Shown: piece after piece, positions 24,678 through 36,749 of the stretch
Layout of the letters: every line of letters begins with the position of its first letter
Position numbering within the stretch: position 1 is the stretch's first letter
Assembly: GCA_051362555.1 (NCBI GenBank)
Contig: CM120642.1
Location: 10,788,001 to 10,852,000, forward strand
Length of the DNA: 64,000 nucleotides
Reading direction: 5' to 3'
Source: Lingula anatina
Lineage: Eukaryota > Animalia > Brachiopoda
Notes under the pieces: generated by a model
Told to the model about the DNA's origin: nothing
The model's input: the letters and a program-made list of their open reading frames with translations, nothing else
Databases searched by the model: none
Made by a program: the position numbers and the translations under genes

Positions 24678-26248
24678 CTTGCCTAGGGACTGTGGGGAAT
24701 CAACCCTGCTCGTGTCGTGGCCAGTCTCCCAACGATGTGTGTTTGTGCTTTGCCCCAAAATGTTTTTATATCCCCCATCCTATCCCAATAAAGTCAGATA
24801 AAGTGATGTTTTGCATACATTAACTAATGGCGTCACGTCCAAAATGTAGCTGTAGCCGCCATCACCGTTTATCAGGATTTCTTGATTAGTATTATTTGTG
24901 TTTAAGTGCGTGACATTTCCTGAATCTAAAATGACCAATGTCCGTTGTCATCTGATTGTTGACCTTTGACTTGTAAGCACCTTTGTGTCAGTGAAAATTA
25001 ATTTTCAGTTAATGTCAGTGCTGTTTAGGTGTCCCAAATGAAGAAAATGTAGCGTATTTTTTGCTTGCCAGGTAAATTTTAAATGTGCAAACTCAATTAT
25101 AATTTTTGGAAACAGTATTTTTTTTACTTTGAAGAACAGCATTTACTAGTACGGCCACAGGCAGCCAACAACCAAACAACCTTTTTTTGTCTAAGACCGC
25201 AAACAGATACGGAATATTTTAGTTCAACTCTAAATACCGCGCACGGATCCTCAATACGTTGATTGAACACGCTCATGTGTTATTTATATATTTAAGGGCT
25301 ATAAGTGTCAAGTAATTACATAGTAATTTTCGTGTTTGGTCATAATATTTCCCTTATTGTGAATTTAGAATCTATAAATGCTAATAGATGAATGAAAAAA
25401 TAATTAGTGCGAATTTTCCGATGAATGAATGCATAAATGAATAAATAATTGGTCAATTTATATGTAATTAGATAGATGTATAAATCCCTGTGAAAATCTT
25501 TAGGTAGGCCGAAGGCATCCCGTTGAATTTTTATATCATCCCGATAAATGTCAGTCGGCAAAAATGTCAAAAAGTGATAATATACGAGCTGCTCTCAAAC
25601 CGTTTGATAGTAAAGAAGAAACGCATGTTAAAAGTTTTATCACCATTTAATGATGACCGATTCAAGTTCATTTATATTAACAATTTCACAATATCTATTA
25701 TATGACGCTGCACTTTTATGCATGATGATAATGACAATAATGTTCATTGCGATTGCGTTGAAAAGTCAGATCACAATATGTAAAGCTTAATAAATACTCG
25801 AGCATTTAACGTGAATGTCTCTGACGTGGACCGCCGCACGGTCACGTGGCCAGGCAACATAGGCTCTACCTGGTGTCGATTTCGAAGTCTTGCGGGTTGT
25901 GTTTTGGGAGACGGTGCTGTGCTGGGCGGACATTTGCTGTGCTTTGGCTTCGTTTGACTTCTAGTATCAGACAACCAAGGATCCTGTGTAGACTGCACAT
26001 ATTTTCGTAGAGCCCTGAAATGTAAAATGTCAGTTTTTAATTTTTTTTGCCTGAGAAGAAATGTTACCAATCAACTGCAGAACATATGAGTTCCTCTTGT
26101 CATTAAACAATTTTATATTTCAATTACTTTTGCGATAATAAGATAAAAGCATGTAATAACACTCTTAAGTAGCGCACTTTGGAAACTGAAAAATTCCTTT
26201 CAGATGACGAAGTGAGAAATATGAACAGCAAATTAATGTTACTTACGT

Positions 26249-27049
26249 TTAACCGTAAAAGCCTCCAACATTGGAAACACCAGCGCCGTTTCCACGGTAA
26301 TTTCCGACTTGAGCACCGTTATAGGCACCCTGGGCGACACCTTTCGCATTGCCTTGCGCACCATAGGTTTTGTGGACGCCCTCACCAAGAGCCTGTGCGT
26401 AGTTGCCATTGGTGTTAGCTGCGCCGTATCCATTCTGGTTGCCCACAGCACCATAGTTTCCTTTAGAGTTAGCACTGCCAAAACCTGAAGACTTTTCTAC
26501 CTTGTTGAATGTCTGACTGACGGCGCTGTATTTGTCATATCCCTCTGTGGCGGCCTGCCCGAAGTTCGCTACGTTGCTACCGAAGTCGTTGAAACCTTTC
26601 TTGGTGCCCTGTCCGAAGCCGCCGTAGCCGCCATATTGCCCGTAGCCCTGGTTGGCGCCGTACTTGCCTGCATTTTGGTACACACCCTGGTTGACGCCGC
26701 CTCCGGCATAACCACCTGCTCCGTACCCGGCACCGCCGTTATAGCCATTGTAGATACCGCCACCATAGCCGCCCAAGATCGGATAGCCGCCGTAGCCGCC
26801 GTAACCTGGAGCAATGGGGTAACCACCGCCATAACCGCCGCCGTATCCTCCGCCATAGCCGCCGCCGTAGCCACCGTAGCCACCGCCGTAGCCACCGCCA
26901 TAACCGCCGTAGCCACCGCCGTATCCGCCATAACCACCCCCGTAGCCTTTGCCGTAGGGAACACCACCATAACCGCCGATGTAACCCTGAGAAAGCACTC
27001 CAGAGCACAGCATTGCAACAACACTGGCCACTTTGATGTAACCCGCCAT
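26249..27049 (-). CDS. Secreted GGY-rich protein with AVSKT-type core (266 aa), cluster gene 8
   Basis: Signal peptide MAGYIKVASVVAMLCSGVLS|Q, (GGGY/GGY)n arm and core GYDKYSAVSQTFNKVEK. TATAAA at 27137-27142. Confidence 0.9.
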   Translation of the reverse strand: MAGYIKVASVVAMLCSGVLSQGYIGGYGGVPYGKGYGGGYGGYGGGYGGYGGGYGGGYGGYGGGYGGGYGGGYGGGYPIAPGYGGYGGYPILGGYGGGIYNGYNGGAGYGAGGYAGGGVNQGVYQNAGKYGANQGYGQYGGYGGFGQGTKKGFNDFGSNVANFGQAATEGYDKYSAVSQTFNKVEKSSGFGSANSKGNYGAVGNQNGYGAANTNGNYAQALGEGVHKTYGAQGNAKGVAQGAYNGAQVGNYRGNGAGVSNVGGFYG

Positions 27050-29681
27050 GATCTTGCCGTTAGTTTCGGAGGCTGCTGGCTGTTCGACTCTTCAGGCAAA
27101 GAAGTTCAAGTGACCGTTCAATGGACTCTTGGCACTTTTATACCGCACAAGACACTTACTCGCCTGATGCGATATACGCATATTACCATAACCTCATCAA
27201 AATGTAATGAGGAACAATTAAATCTACATACCGTTTCTACGCCATTTCCTTGACCAAGCTACTGCTAACACGACATGGTTTTATCTCCGTATAATGTAAC
27301 ACAGATGTGAATTATGTGGGAACTAAATGCGATAGCGTCTCCAGGAGAACATACCAAATTAGAAGTTGGAAGGACTTAACAGGAGTTATTAATTATACAA
27401 CATTAATGATGTACAATGTTAAGGTCCAAATCGACGTTCATGTAATATTTTTAAGTTGGTCTTTTTGCTACACTGTACGTTTGGTTTGAATGGGAATGGA
27501 AAATTGATAGTTGAAAGGTACACACACAAAATAAAAATATGTTTCACTTCCATGGTATACATATGATGCAGGTTACAAAGTTAGCGCAAATTGCAAATAG
27601 TAAATAACAAATACTTTTTTTTTTGTTTAAAAACAGGCTGAAAAGGATATTCAGTTTTTGTATATCTGAGGTAGACAGAACGGAAAAGTGGTCATATTCT
27701 ATAGCTAATCATCAGTTTAACCGCTAATCAAAGCAAATTCTTTATAGTAACAATTGAGCATTTCGGTTAAATTATATTTATTTCAGTACCTTCATGTTAT
27801 CTGTTAAATGGCATCTTGATTGAATTATGTTTTCCACGCAATACAGTAAGTCCACTTATTACCATAATCCTGAATTATCAAGATTGCAGCTTAGATATTC
27901 TGGTTCAAGATAAAGTAAATCTTGGTCGGAGTTATTCCAGTGCCCCTAACTTGTAATTATACGGTGTTGAAAAACCACTTTGTTGGGTCAAGGAAGTGAT
28001 GGACTCGTTCGACTTCACTTTGTCAAGAAAGCTCAGCCTTTGATTCGCCGACTATAACACCCAGCTTAGTTTTCCTGGGTGATTTTTATACTACATAATA
28101 ATTATTTTATGACCGATTTTCTTAGTCACCAACTGTGTGAACTGCATAGTTTCGTTTAGTATATATGACCAAAGCACAGAGATCGAAAGAGATAAAAATC
28201 CCAAGAAGACAAAAATTTAAAGCTAGATTTCTGTCCTGTGACCGACTAAGCTGTAGGAAAATTGAATTGTCGTGAATACATATTTACATGTACGTAACCG
28301 GGTCACGTTTTGCTGTCCGCCATGTACACAATACTAACCATATATCTGAAATGACATTTAGCTTTATTTAAAATTTTTATCATAAGAATTAATTAATATC
28401 CTAAGTATGTTTGATATTTTACCTTACCCTTGCATACTCACATTCTAGTTAAATTTTGTTAACGAAATTAAGAAGTGGTCGCAATTCATTTATCAGTGGT
28501 TAAACAGTAAATTTGAAGAAACATCTTTTTTCGTTTTGCCTCACGAAAAACAGCAATATTTCAGAACAATGTTATCTAAAGGAAACAGTTTATATGTAAA
28601 ATTTCACTATGAATAATTTTCCCAGATGAATTATGCATGTGAACGCCTACGAGCAAAAATGAAGATAGATCGTAACTTCCATCGCCCCGCATTTTGGCAC
28701 TCTGTGCTCTTAAATTTACAAGTGATATTCGTTTCCACCTTTACTTTCATCTGACCAGCATATCAGTTGGTTAGGAGGTCATATATAATGTTCAGAACAG
28801 ATGTTATGATACCGTACGCGTATACCGTTTTGTCTGAGTAATGCAGAAAAAAAAATTAAAATAAGAATTGAGAAATTCAGCGTGCAGTATATCAAAGAGG
28901 AAAAAGGACATTCAATATCACCAAATGTTAATATTAATTGACTAAAACGACACAAATGAAAGCTAGGGTACATGGTTTTGTTTAAATTTTTTATCCATCA
29001 TTTTGTTAACCTTGTGTTGTTAAATACCCATTATTAACCTGCATTCATCCTATTCGCTCTTTCTTTCAAGAGGATCGGGGGGGGGGGGGGGCGCATTAGA
29101 GCCTTTCTCGCAACCCACCCACGACAATGGAGATATCAGTTCAAAATGAACAAACCATCCCCTCTTGTAAGACATAAGACAAATTACCTGCGGTGTTTTT
29201 AATATCATATTCTCCCATATTGATGAATTGCAAAGACGCGACGGCTTCAAAGGGGTGTGAAGTTTACCGTTATTTACCAAGGTGGACATTTGTTTAAAGC
29301 AATCATCACATTTGTTCATAAAACAACGTCAAAAACGCGATCGTTTCAGTTCATTTCTTTTCTTAAGTAAAGCGTGGGTTTATCCCACGCTCTGAACAAA
29401 AAAAAACTGATTTGAGGCTCAAATAGAACAACATTAAAGAATGAGGGTTACCCCCCCCCCCTCCCTAGTACTTATAGTATGTACCCTAAATTAACAAAAA
29501 GGTGAGAAATGATTGATCTTGAGAATGAATCTATCTTACGAAAATGAAAAATAATTTTCAATGTAGATGAATCATTAATCGCGAAATATTATCCTGCTTC
29601 TCAGACTTCTTAAAGCCTCCAATTATTTGCCACCACAACAGTATTCCGAAGATATATGTTGATGCATAAATTGGAAGAATG

Positions 29682-29809
<128 letters not shown>

Positions 29810-30331
29810 GCGGAGGAGGGGGAAGTCCGGTTGTTTTATGTACATTCACACAAATCCACAAATATGGAAATCTGCACTTGTACATACTGACGTTTTTTTT
29901 TATAAGTGACACACAGACAAAATAATATCGCGTGTCTAATAATTTGCTATCAACATCATGTTTTCATTAATAAGAACAAAGACTATGATAAGATGCCCTA
30001 TACTTTAAAAGCTTTAATGCTCGTCACATATCAATTTACATAAATAAGACAGTGGCTCCCTACAGCGACCAATTTCGAGTTCATGTGGTTAGGGTAGTCT
30101 AGGATTCGGTGCTTGGCGTGGACATTGCGCTGTGATGATCTCTAATCTCGGTCGCTGTGAGAGCTGACTACTGCAGGGGAGCTTGGCTGCCTGTTGAATC
30201 TAATTTGCCGTTTTCGGTTAGATAGTGTCGTCTGAGAGTGAGTTTTAGTTTCTTGGCGGATAATTAGTTACGGATAACTGAAACAAACGACAAACTTTGT
30301 TGTGTACTTGTAAAAAGCAACTTAGCTAGAC

Positions 30332-30359
30332 CAGGGAATTATATCGATATAATTCCCTG
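30332..30359. mobile_element. 28-bp perfect palindromic mini-insertion with 7-bp direct-repeat flanks
   Basis: CAGGGAATTATATCGATATAATTCCCTG flanked by GCTAGAC at 30325-30331 and 30360-30366. Confidence 0.7.
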
Positions 30360-30534
30360 GCTAGACCTATTGAACGTCGACGTTGGTTTGAGGAAATCTT
30401 ATGAATTATACTTAACGTACCAATTTCCATTAGTAATATTTTATTTTCTTCGCCATACAGACATATGAGGAAAAATAACGTTTTTGCATTCCAAATCTTA
30501 GGCTGCTACTAGCACAATATCAACATACATGTAA

Positions 30535-30797
30535 GACCCAATTCCCATACCAAGATTGATCTAGCAGGATCGACCCATCTCCGAAGGGTTTCTCGCTAAA
30601 TTACATTAAGCTCAAGCGGCTTGATGACTGGCACGCTTACTGAAGCTGCTGCGGATAATTAACTATCGTTTAGCTTGTTTAGCAGCTTCAGTGGGCGTGC
30701 CAGACATATGAACCGCTTAATCTCAATGCAATTTAGCGCGAATCCTCTCTGAGATGGGTCTATCCTGCTAGATCGATCTAGGTATGGGAATGGGGTC
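30535..30797. mobile_element. Fold-back MITE (PIF/Harbinger-like), copy 1
   Basis: Almost the entire element is an imperfect inverted repeat (GACCCAATTCCCATACC ... GGTATGGGAATGGGGTC), with TAA at the left flank. Homologous to 58956-59211. Confidence 0.8.
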
Positions 30798-30901
30798 TCT
30801 AACTTGTTCTACGGAATTCTATACGATGAACGCATTGTACTTGAATTGTTTTCTCAACATTTCGGACATTATTATCTCTTTTGACATGTTTTTACCTTCA
30901 C

Positions 30902-31672
30902 TTATCCGCCATATGACGCACCGCCTCCCATCACTGCACCGCCGTTTTGTCCCACACTGGCGCCATACTGCAGGCCGTAGTTTTTCCGCTGGCCTCCAGA
31001 CAACAAACCGTAGTTTCCAGCATAATTCGCCTTTGCAACAGCACTGCCTAGTCCGGACTGTTTACCGAGAGCCCCATACGCTCCATTATTATTGAATGTG
31101 TTTTGTCCTTCCTCCCTATTCACAGCGTTATAAGTTTTGCTGACGGCACTATACTTGGAGTATCCATTTTTGCCCTGCTTAGCATACCCTCCGAAACCAT
31201 TCCCGAAGCTGTTGTACGCTTTTTTCTGACCCTCTCCGGCACCGGCGTAAGCTCCATACCTTCCGTAGCCCCCTGCACGTTTGTAATTCCCATTCTTTAT
31301 GTAGACACCTTGCCCCCTGCCATAGTTACCGTATACTTGACCAGCCCCCATATACGCACCACCCCCACCTCCATTGTTGGACATGCCGCCACCCCCACCG
31401 TTGGACATGCCGTTGGCGGGGTATCCATAGTATCCAGACCCATAGTTGTATCCAGTATAGGGTTTGTACCAATACCCTTTCTGAGGTGGGTAGCCGTACC
31501 AGTATCCTCCCGGAGGGGGGTAGGTGTATACCACTTTGGTCGGATAACCATACCCGGTGGCTGGAGGGTAGCTACTTGTTCCTACCCAGCCGTTTGTTCT
31601 GGTATTCTGGCATATCCCCAGTGGCAACAAGGTCACCAGAAGATGCAATAGGGAGATGACAGGGCGGATCAT
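30902..31672 (-). CDS. Secreted Gly/Tyr/Lys-rich protein with AVSKT core (256 aa), cluster gene 9
   Basis: Signal peptide MIRPVISLLHLLVTLLPLGIC|Q and core GYSKYSAVSKTYNAVNR. Predicted 5'-UTR intron 31681-32670 (GTAAGC donor, cacAAG acceptor), with TATAAAAAG at 32741-32749. Confidence 0.9.
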   Translation of the reverse strand: MIRPVISLLHLLVTLLPLGICQNTRTNGWVGTSSYPPATGYGYPTKVVYTYPPPGGYWYGYPPQKGYWYKPYTGYNYGSGYYGYPANGMSNGGGGGMSNNGGGGGAYMGAGQVYGNYGRGQGVYIKNGNYKRAGGYGRYGAYAGAGEGQKKAYNSFGNGFGGYAKQGKNGYSKYSAVSKTYNAVNREEGQNTFNNNGAYGALGKQSGLGSAVAKANYAGNYGLLSGGQRKNYGLQYGASVGQNGGAVMGGGASYGG

Positions 31673-31710
31673 CAGGATACCTTGTGAAAAATAAACATTG
31701 GATATTTAAG

Positions 31711-31719
31711 CGTGCGTGC

Positions 31720-31765
<46 letters not shown>

Positions 31766-31780
31766 CGCGCGCGCGCGCGT
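31711..31780. repeat. (GT)n microsatellite followed by a (CG)n tract
   Basis: Alternating purine-pyrimidine run, directly visible. Confidence 0.9.
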
Positions 31781-32249
31781 GGTGTTTAATTTTTTAAAAC
31801 ATCCCCCTTTTCTGTTCGGTGAGGTAGTATTTGAACTGTTGGCGCAGTGGTATACTACAATACTTACACTGAGCATGCCATTTAGGCAATTGAATTTTTG
31901 TATTAGTCATGAAGTCGTATTATCAAGAGGTAAAGTAAATTCCTTTATTTGGCTTTATTTACCAGAAAAAAATGTTCTTTCAAACGATATTTCGCACACA
32001 AAAAGGCACAGTGTTTAATGATCAACATAAGTCAAATGTTCAGAATATGTCTATCGGCAATCTCACGCACTATTCCCCGCAAATGCATGGCTTTGGCGTC
32101 AATCACCAGATCAATTTATAACATTCCCATTACCTTAAATTTTGTTATTCTTTCGTGTCTCACGTTACCTTAGACTGGCGGCATGACTTTAGTAAAAAAA
32201 ACGTAAATAAACGACATCACCTTTACATGAATAACCATGGGGATACAAG

Positions 32250-32655
32250 AGATATTAGAACTGTATTTACATACAACGTCTAGATTGACAAATAAAGTAA
32301 AAAGCAATTTATCTCTTAATGTTTAAATTAATCGTGGACACGAGCTAATATCACTGTATTTTACACGTAAAGTCTGGATTGACAAATAAAATAAAAAAAT
32401 TAATCTCCTCTAAACCAAATGTTTTAAATCAATTTTTGAATAATCATGCCGACACAAGTTAATAAAACTTTATTTTACATATAATGTCTAGATTAACAAA
32501 TAAAGTAAAAAGCAATTAATCTCCTCTAAACCAAATGTTTTAAATCAATTGTTGAATAATCATGCCGACACAGGTTAATAAATCTTTATTTTACATAAAA
32601 TTTAAATAAGGTTAAAAGCAATTAATCTCTTCTTAAATAAATGTTAAAATCAATA
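32250..32655. repeat. AT-rich tandem repeat, ~95-115 bp unit, about 4 copies
   Basis: Recurring CTAGATTGACAAATAAAGTAAAAAGCAATT...TCTC at ~32280, ~32374 and ~32488, plus a degenerate copy at ~32605. Confidence 0.75.
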
Positions 32656-33567
32656 AAATCGTTTGCTTACTTGGATGCGCTGACGAGTGAACCTCCTCGG
32701 CAACTGACCTACCACTCTCTCTTTCTTTATTTCTTTTGGTCTTTTTATACCAGAAGCTATCTGTTTTTTACTCGTTATCTGGTTTAAATGTTAAATGTAG
32801 GTTTAAAGAGTATCAAAAGGTCGTTAATGTTTTTTTAATCCAGTCATTTTTGACCTTGACTGTCTGGGGGATAGAGACGTATAGTTTTGTGAACCATTAA
32901 AGGCAGTAATTAGGTTTTAACGAGGCTCATCTTCTTTTCGTATCAATTTAGGTATGTTACCAAACCACAGCTAAATAACCAAAGGCACTCTTGACCATTA
33001 CGAGGAAATGAGTAATAGAAATGTAGTAAGTCCGCCCAATGAATTTCCTGGTTATTATTATTATTATGCCCTTGATGTCTCGAGTTTGTTTTTTGCGACT
33101 TATATTCTCACTGATGGCATTCAACGGATTATTGAAATATCTGAGGCAAGTGCATCTATAATAAAATGCAATTATCTTTGATCCTCTTCTGTGATTATTT
33201 AAAGTCACGGAGTACATCATAAACATTTTAAGTACAGTAAAGAAACTCTGCTTGTCCAAAGATTTATCAATACCAGTGTCTGTAAGAGAAGGACGTTCGT
33301 GACGTAAGCAACCAGATTGCACCAAAGGGCATCTGTCGCAATTGGATATCACACAAAGCACAGTGGCACAAATTATTAACGCCCTTTGCAATAAGTTTTA
33401 CGGTGATTGTTGAGAATAGGGAAGGACATTTTCCAAGGTCTATTGAAATTTAAAATAAAAGTGTGATCTAAACTTAATTTAGGTCCAATCTTTCCTCACA
33501 CGGTACCTGAGCCAATCTATACCTATCAAACATTTATCGTCTTGGATACGTGGTATAACAATGCAGT

Positions 33568-33579
33568 CACACACACAAA

Positions 33580-33641
<62 letters not shown>

Positions 33642-33650
33642 GTGAGTGAG
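33568..33650. repeat. Compound microsatellite (CA)n-(GA)n
   Basis: Directly visible. Confidence 0.95.
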
Positions 33651-33930
33651 GCAAAGAGAGAGAAAAGGGGGAGAAGATGAAAGAAGAGGGGGAGGAGGCC
33701 ATCAATATAAAGTTTACAAGGGCACTTTCTCATTAATTTATGAATCTTTCTGCTGGACTATCTTCTTGCTGGATAAACCCCTGATAGCAGTGTATATGAA
33801 ATATGAGAAGTCACTACACCAGGGTCACAGACTGGTTTTTTAACTAAATTTTCACAGATATGTCTCTAGATAAAGAATGGTACTTTACTGCAGTCTAAAA
33901 GATAACTTCACATAATAAAACTCGCGGGTA

Positions 33931-34073
33931 CCCTCTACCAGGGCCGCAGTTATTCTTATTATTATTATTATGTAGACATTTTCGTTGCGAAAGCGAAAGT
34001 ACAGTACAGAGAAAAACCAGAGACATATCTGTGAATATCTAGTGAAAAATCAATCCGTGGCCCTGGTAGAGGG
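33931..34073. mobile_element. MITE with CCCTCTACCAGGGCC termini and TA flanks (Tc1/mariner-like)
   Basis: TA|CCCTCTACCAGGGCC ... GGCCCTGGTAGAGGG|TA. Related fragments at ~33813-33868, 38447-38553 and ~51081-51136. Confidence 0.75.
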
Positions 34074-35987
34074 TAGGTAGAGGGTAGAATGTGACCAATA
34101 ACGTTAAAACTGCCATTTAATGTTCAACGTCTATCCCGGGATTTAATACCCAATCGGGACTTTTCAGTACTATCTGTTTACAAAAATCTGTAAAATGACC
34201 AAGTAAAAGTATGACCATAATTAAACAAATGCCGATATCTACTTAGTCATGAATTCAATTAAATTAGTTATGCATGTGTACGACTCAAGTGCGTACGACT
34301 ATATATATGACAGTCTGATAAATATTTAACTTTTAGATTTGATTAAAATTGCCAGTACCCGGTGTACAAATTGTCACGATGTCGATCTTTAGATCTACAT
34401 GCATGTTGACAGAATATTTGATGGAATATACAGTATGTCCCTTTAAACCTTCTTAATTATAGGAAAAAAGGAAAAGTAAGAGAGAACAGTCAGATACATA
34501 TTTATAATTTATTCTCACGTTACAAGGTCTAAAAAAGTATAAAATAAATAGAAAATAACCAAGAAGAGACTCGGGGAAAGGTGTGTGTCATCTAGAGTTC
34601 CTGTGGCGGTCAGTTTCGCAGTCGTAGGGAGTCGGTGTTTGCTGTACTGTGCGAGTTGCTGGTCGACTTCTAATAATGACCGCCCAAGCTCTGAGAATTC
34701 TCACTTCAGCTCCCTGCTCTCTGAAACAAACAGGGAAAAGTTCAGTTTAGATTAGCTTATTCAAACACACACACACACACACACACACAGTATAAACTGA
34801 GCAAAAACATGAACACGCCACGCAATACTTTAAAAAATTATCCACATTATGGGCTATATATACTGTAAATTTAATCATACAAAGTGAATTGCCAGTATGG
34901 CGGTATACCACTGCGCATAGTACCAACCGTTCAATTCTACTACGCTCTCATGATTTGATAAGAAAATTATATATACTTGATTGTTACTTGGAGATAAATT
35001 ATCAAAACAGGCCTTTCCGCATCCATTTGCTGTTGTTGTTTTTATAGAGATAGTTTCTCTCCATTAAATGAAGACATTGCTAAATAGCTGTCCTTCGAAG
35101 TAAAATCATTGCTAAATGGCTACAAATTATCAACAGATGTTAAAACTCGTGAATTTTCACATTAAGCAGATTTGACATAGTTTTTAATTTGCAATGTAAA
35201 ACCCATTATAATACCGCTCATATTTTCAAGTATACACGTATATTATACTGCTTATTAAATTTAAGACAATTAGGTTGAAGTTTGAGAGCTCCAATTAAAC
35301 CAAGTAGCGTAATTTTCTGACTTTTTTGGTAGGTTACTGACTATTTTAAACATCAGCGTTACAACAGCAAGTCTAGAAGTTGTATTGGTAGCATCTGGGA
35401 TTTTTACACGCACCGCACAACACTTTGCCATTTGTCGTATTTTGAAGCTTTGTTAGCTTGTCCGGTTTATTTCTAAATTATGATTTATTAAGAGGCACAT
35501 GGATATATTTTTGTTTTAAAAATATTAAAGCAGATTTTGTGATTTTAACGCTTTCATATACCATGATGAAAACATGTTAACTTCAAAAGGAGTATAATAC
35601 GGCATCAAAATTTGGGATAGGTCATGGAGTCTCATCGTGGTGGGAGAATGCAACGAATTTCATATAAAATATGGTATCAAAGAGTGTACTAGAAAACGAG
35701 TTTCGAATGAATGAGAAAAATTAACGCACACTGAATGTCAAGAGAATATCGATGAAAATCTGTTTCATTTAATGTTTTCCATTGAATGCACGCGCATGGT
35801 GTTAAACAAATATAAAATAAGGTTTTATAGGAACAGAAAAATGCATAGAATGCATTTTAAACTTAAAATTTGACTCTTTATCACCCTTTGTAAGTAAATT
35901 TCATTCAAAATTGGTAGACCAAATCAGATTTTCACGTTTAATAATAAGTTTTAAAAAAAGACTGGTAAGGAAACGTACATGTGGTTT

Positions 35988-36749
35988 TCAGCCAACGCCA
36001 TAGTAGCCAGCTCCATTTCCATATCCCGCCCCCAGCCCGTAGGCTCCATACTGGTTTTGCGCTAGTCCGTAGTTCTGCCCGTAGCCCTGTCCGTAACCTT
36101 GGTTGTACCCGGTTTGTCCCTGCTGATAGTTGCCGAGCTGGTTGGCGGAGCCGTAGCCGTTCGTGTTCCCTACCGCCCCATACTGACCGGTGCCTCCAAA
36201 GTTGTCGTATTTCCCCTCCTGATTCACGGCATTATACGTTTTACTCACGGCAGAATACGAAGTGTAACCGTTATTGTTCTGTTCACCATACGCGCCAGTG
36301 TTTTGACCATATCCCTGATAGCCTTTGTTAGCGTTCTGGCCGAAACCGCCGTAGCCCTGCGCGTTTCCGTAGCCCCTGTTTCCCTGTCCTAATGCCCCTG
36401 CCTGGTAGGCGCCCTGCCCCGCTTGTGCTCCGCCGTACGCCCCTAAGCCTCCACCGTATCCCCCTGCACCGTACCCTCCAATTCCACCGTAGGCTGGGTA
36501 GCCGTAGCCGTAGCCGTACCCACCGCCGTATCCTGGATACACTGGATAGACGTACCCTGGGGCATAATAACCACCGTTATACCCTCCGTATGTTACTGGT
36601 GCAGGATACCTATATCCCCCACCACTGTAGCCGTACGTGTTGCCGTACACCGGGGGGTAACCCCCGTATCCGGTCGTATACCCGGGGGCAGCATACTGAG
36701 ACCTGCCCCCGGTGAATAGAGTCAACAGTACTAGAGACAGATACAACAT
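35988..36749 (-). CDS. Secreted Gly/Tyr-rich protein with AVSKT core (253 aa), cluster gene 10
   Basis: Signal peptide MLYLSLVLLTLFTGGRS|Q and core GYTSYSAVSKTYNAVNQ. TATATAA at 36837-36843. Confidence 0.9.
   Translation of the reverse strand: MLYLSLVLLTLFTGGRSQYAAPGYTTGYGGYPPVYGNTYGYSGGGYRYPAPVTYGGYNGGYYAPGYVYPVYPGYGGGYGYGYGYPAYGGIGGYGAGGYGGGLGAYGGAQAGQGAYQAGALGQGNRGYGNAQGYGGFGQNANKGYQGYGQNTGAYGEQNNNGYTSYSAVSKTYNAVNQEGKYDNFGGTGQYGAVGNTNGYGSANQLGNYQQGQTGYNQGYGQGYGQNYGLAQNQYGAYGLGAGYGNGAGYYGVG

Noticed and set aside
7931-24840. TCACGT hexamer (insect chorion cis-element) upstream of genes 3 and 7
   Set aside because: Present in only two promoters and expected by chance, so it is not evidence for an eggshell function.
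32957-33391. 144-aa ORF with a signal-like N-terminus
   Set aside because: Non-ATG start, AT-rich random-looking composition, and no family motif.
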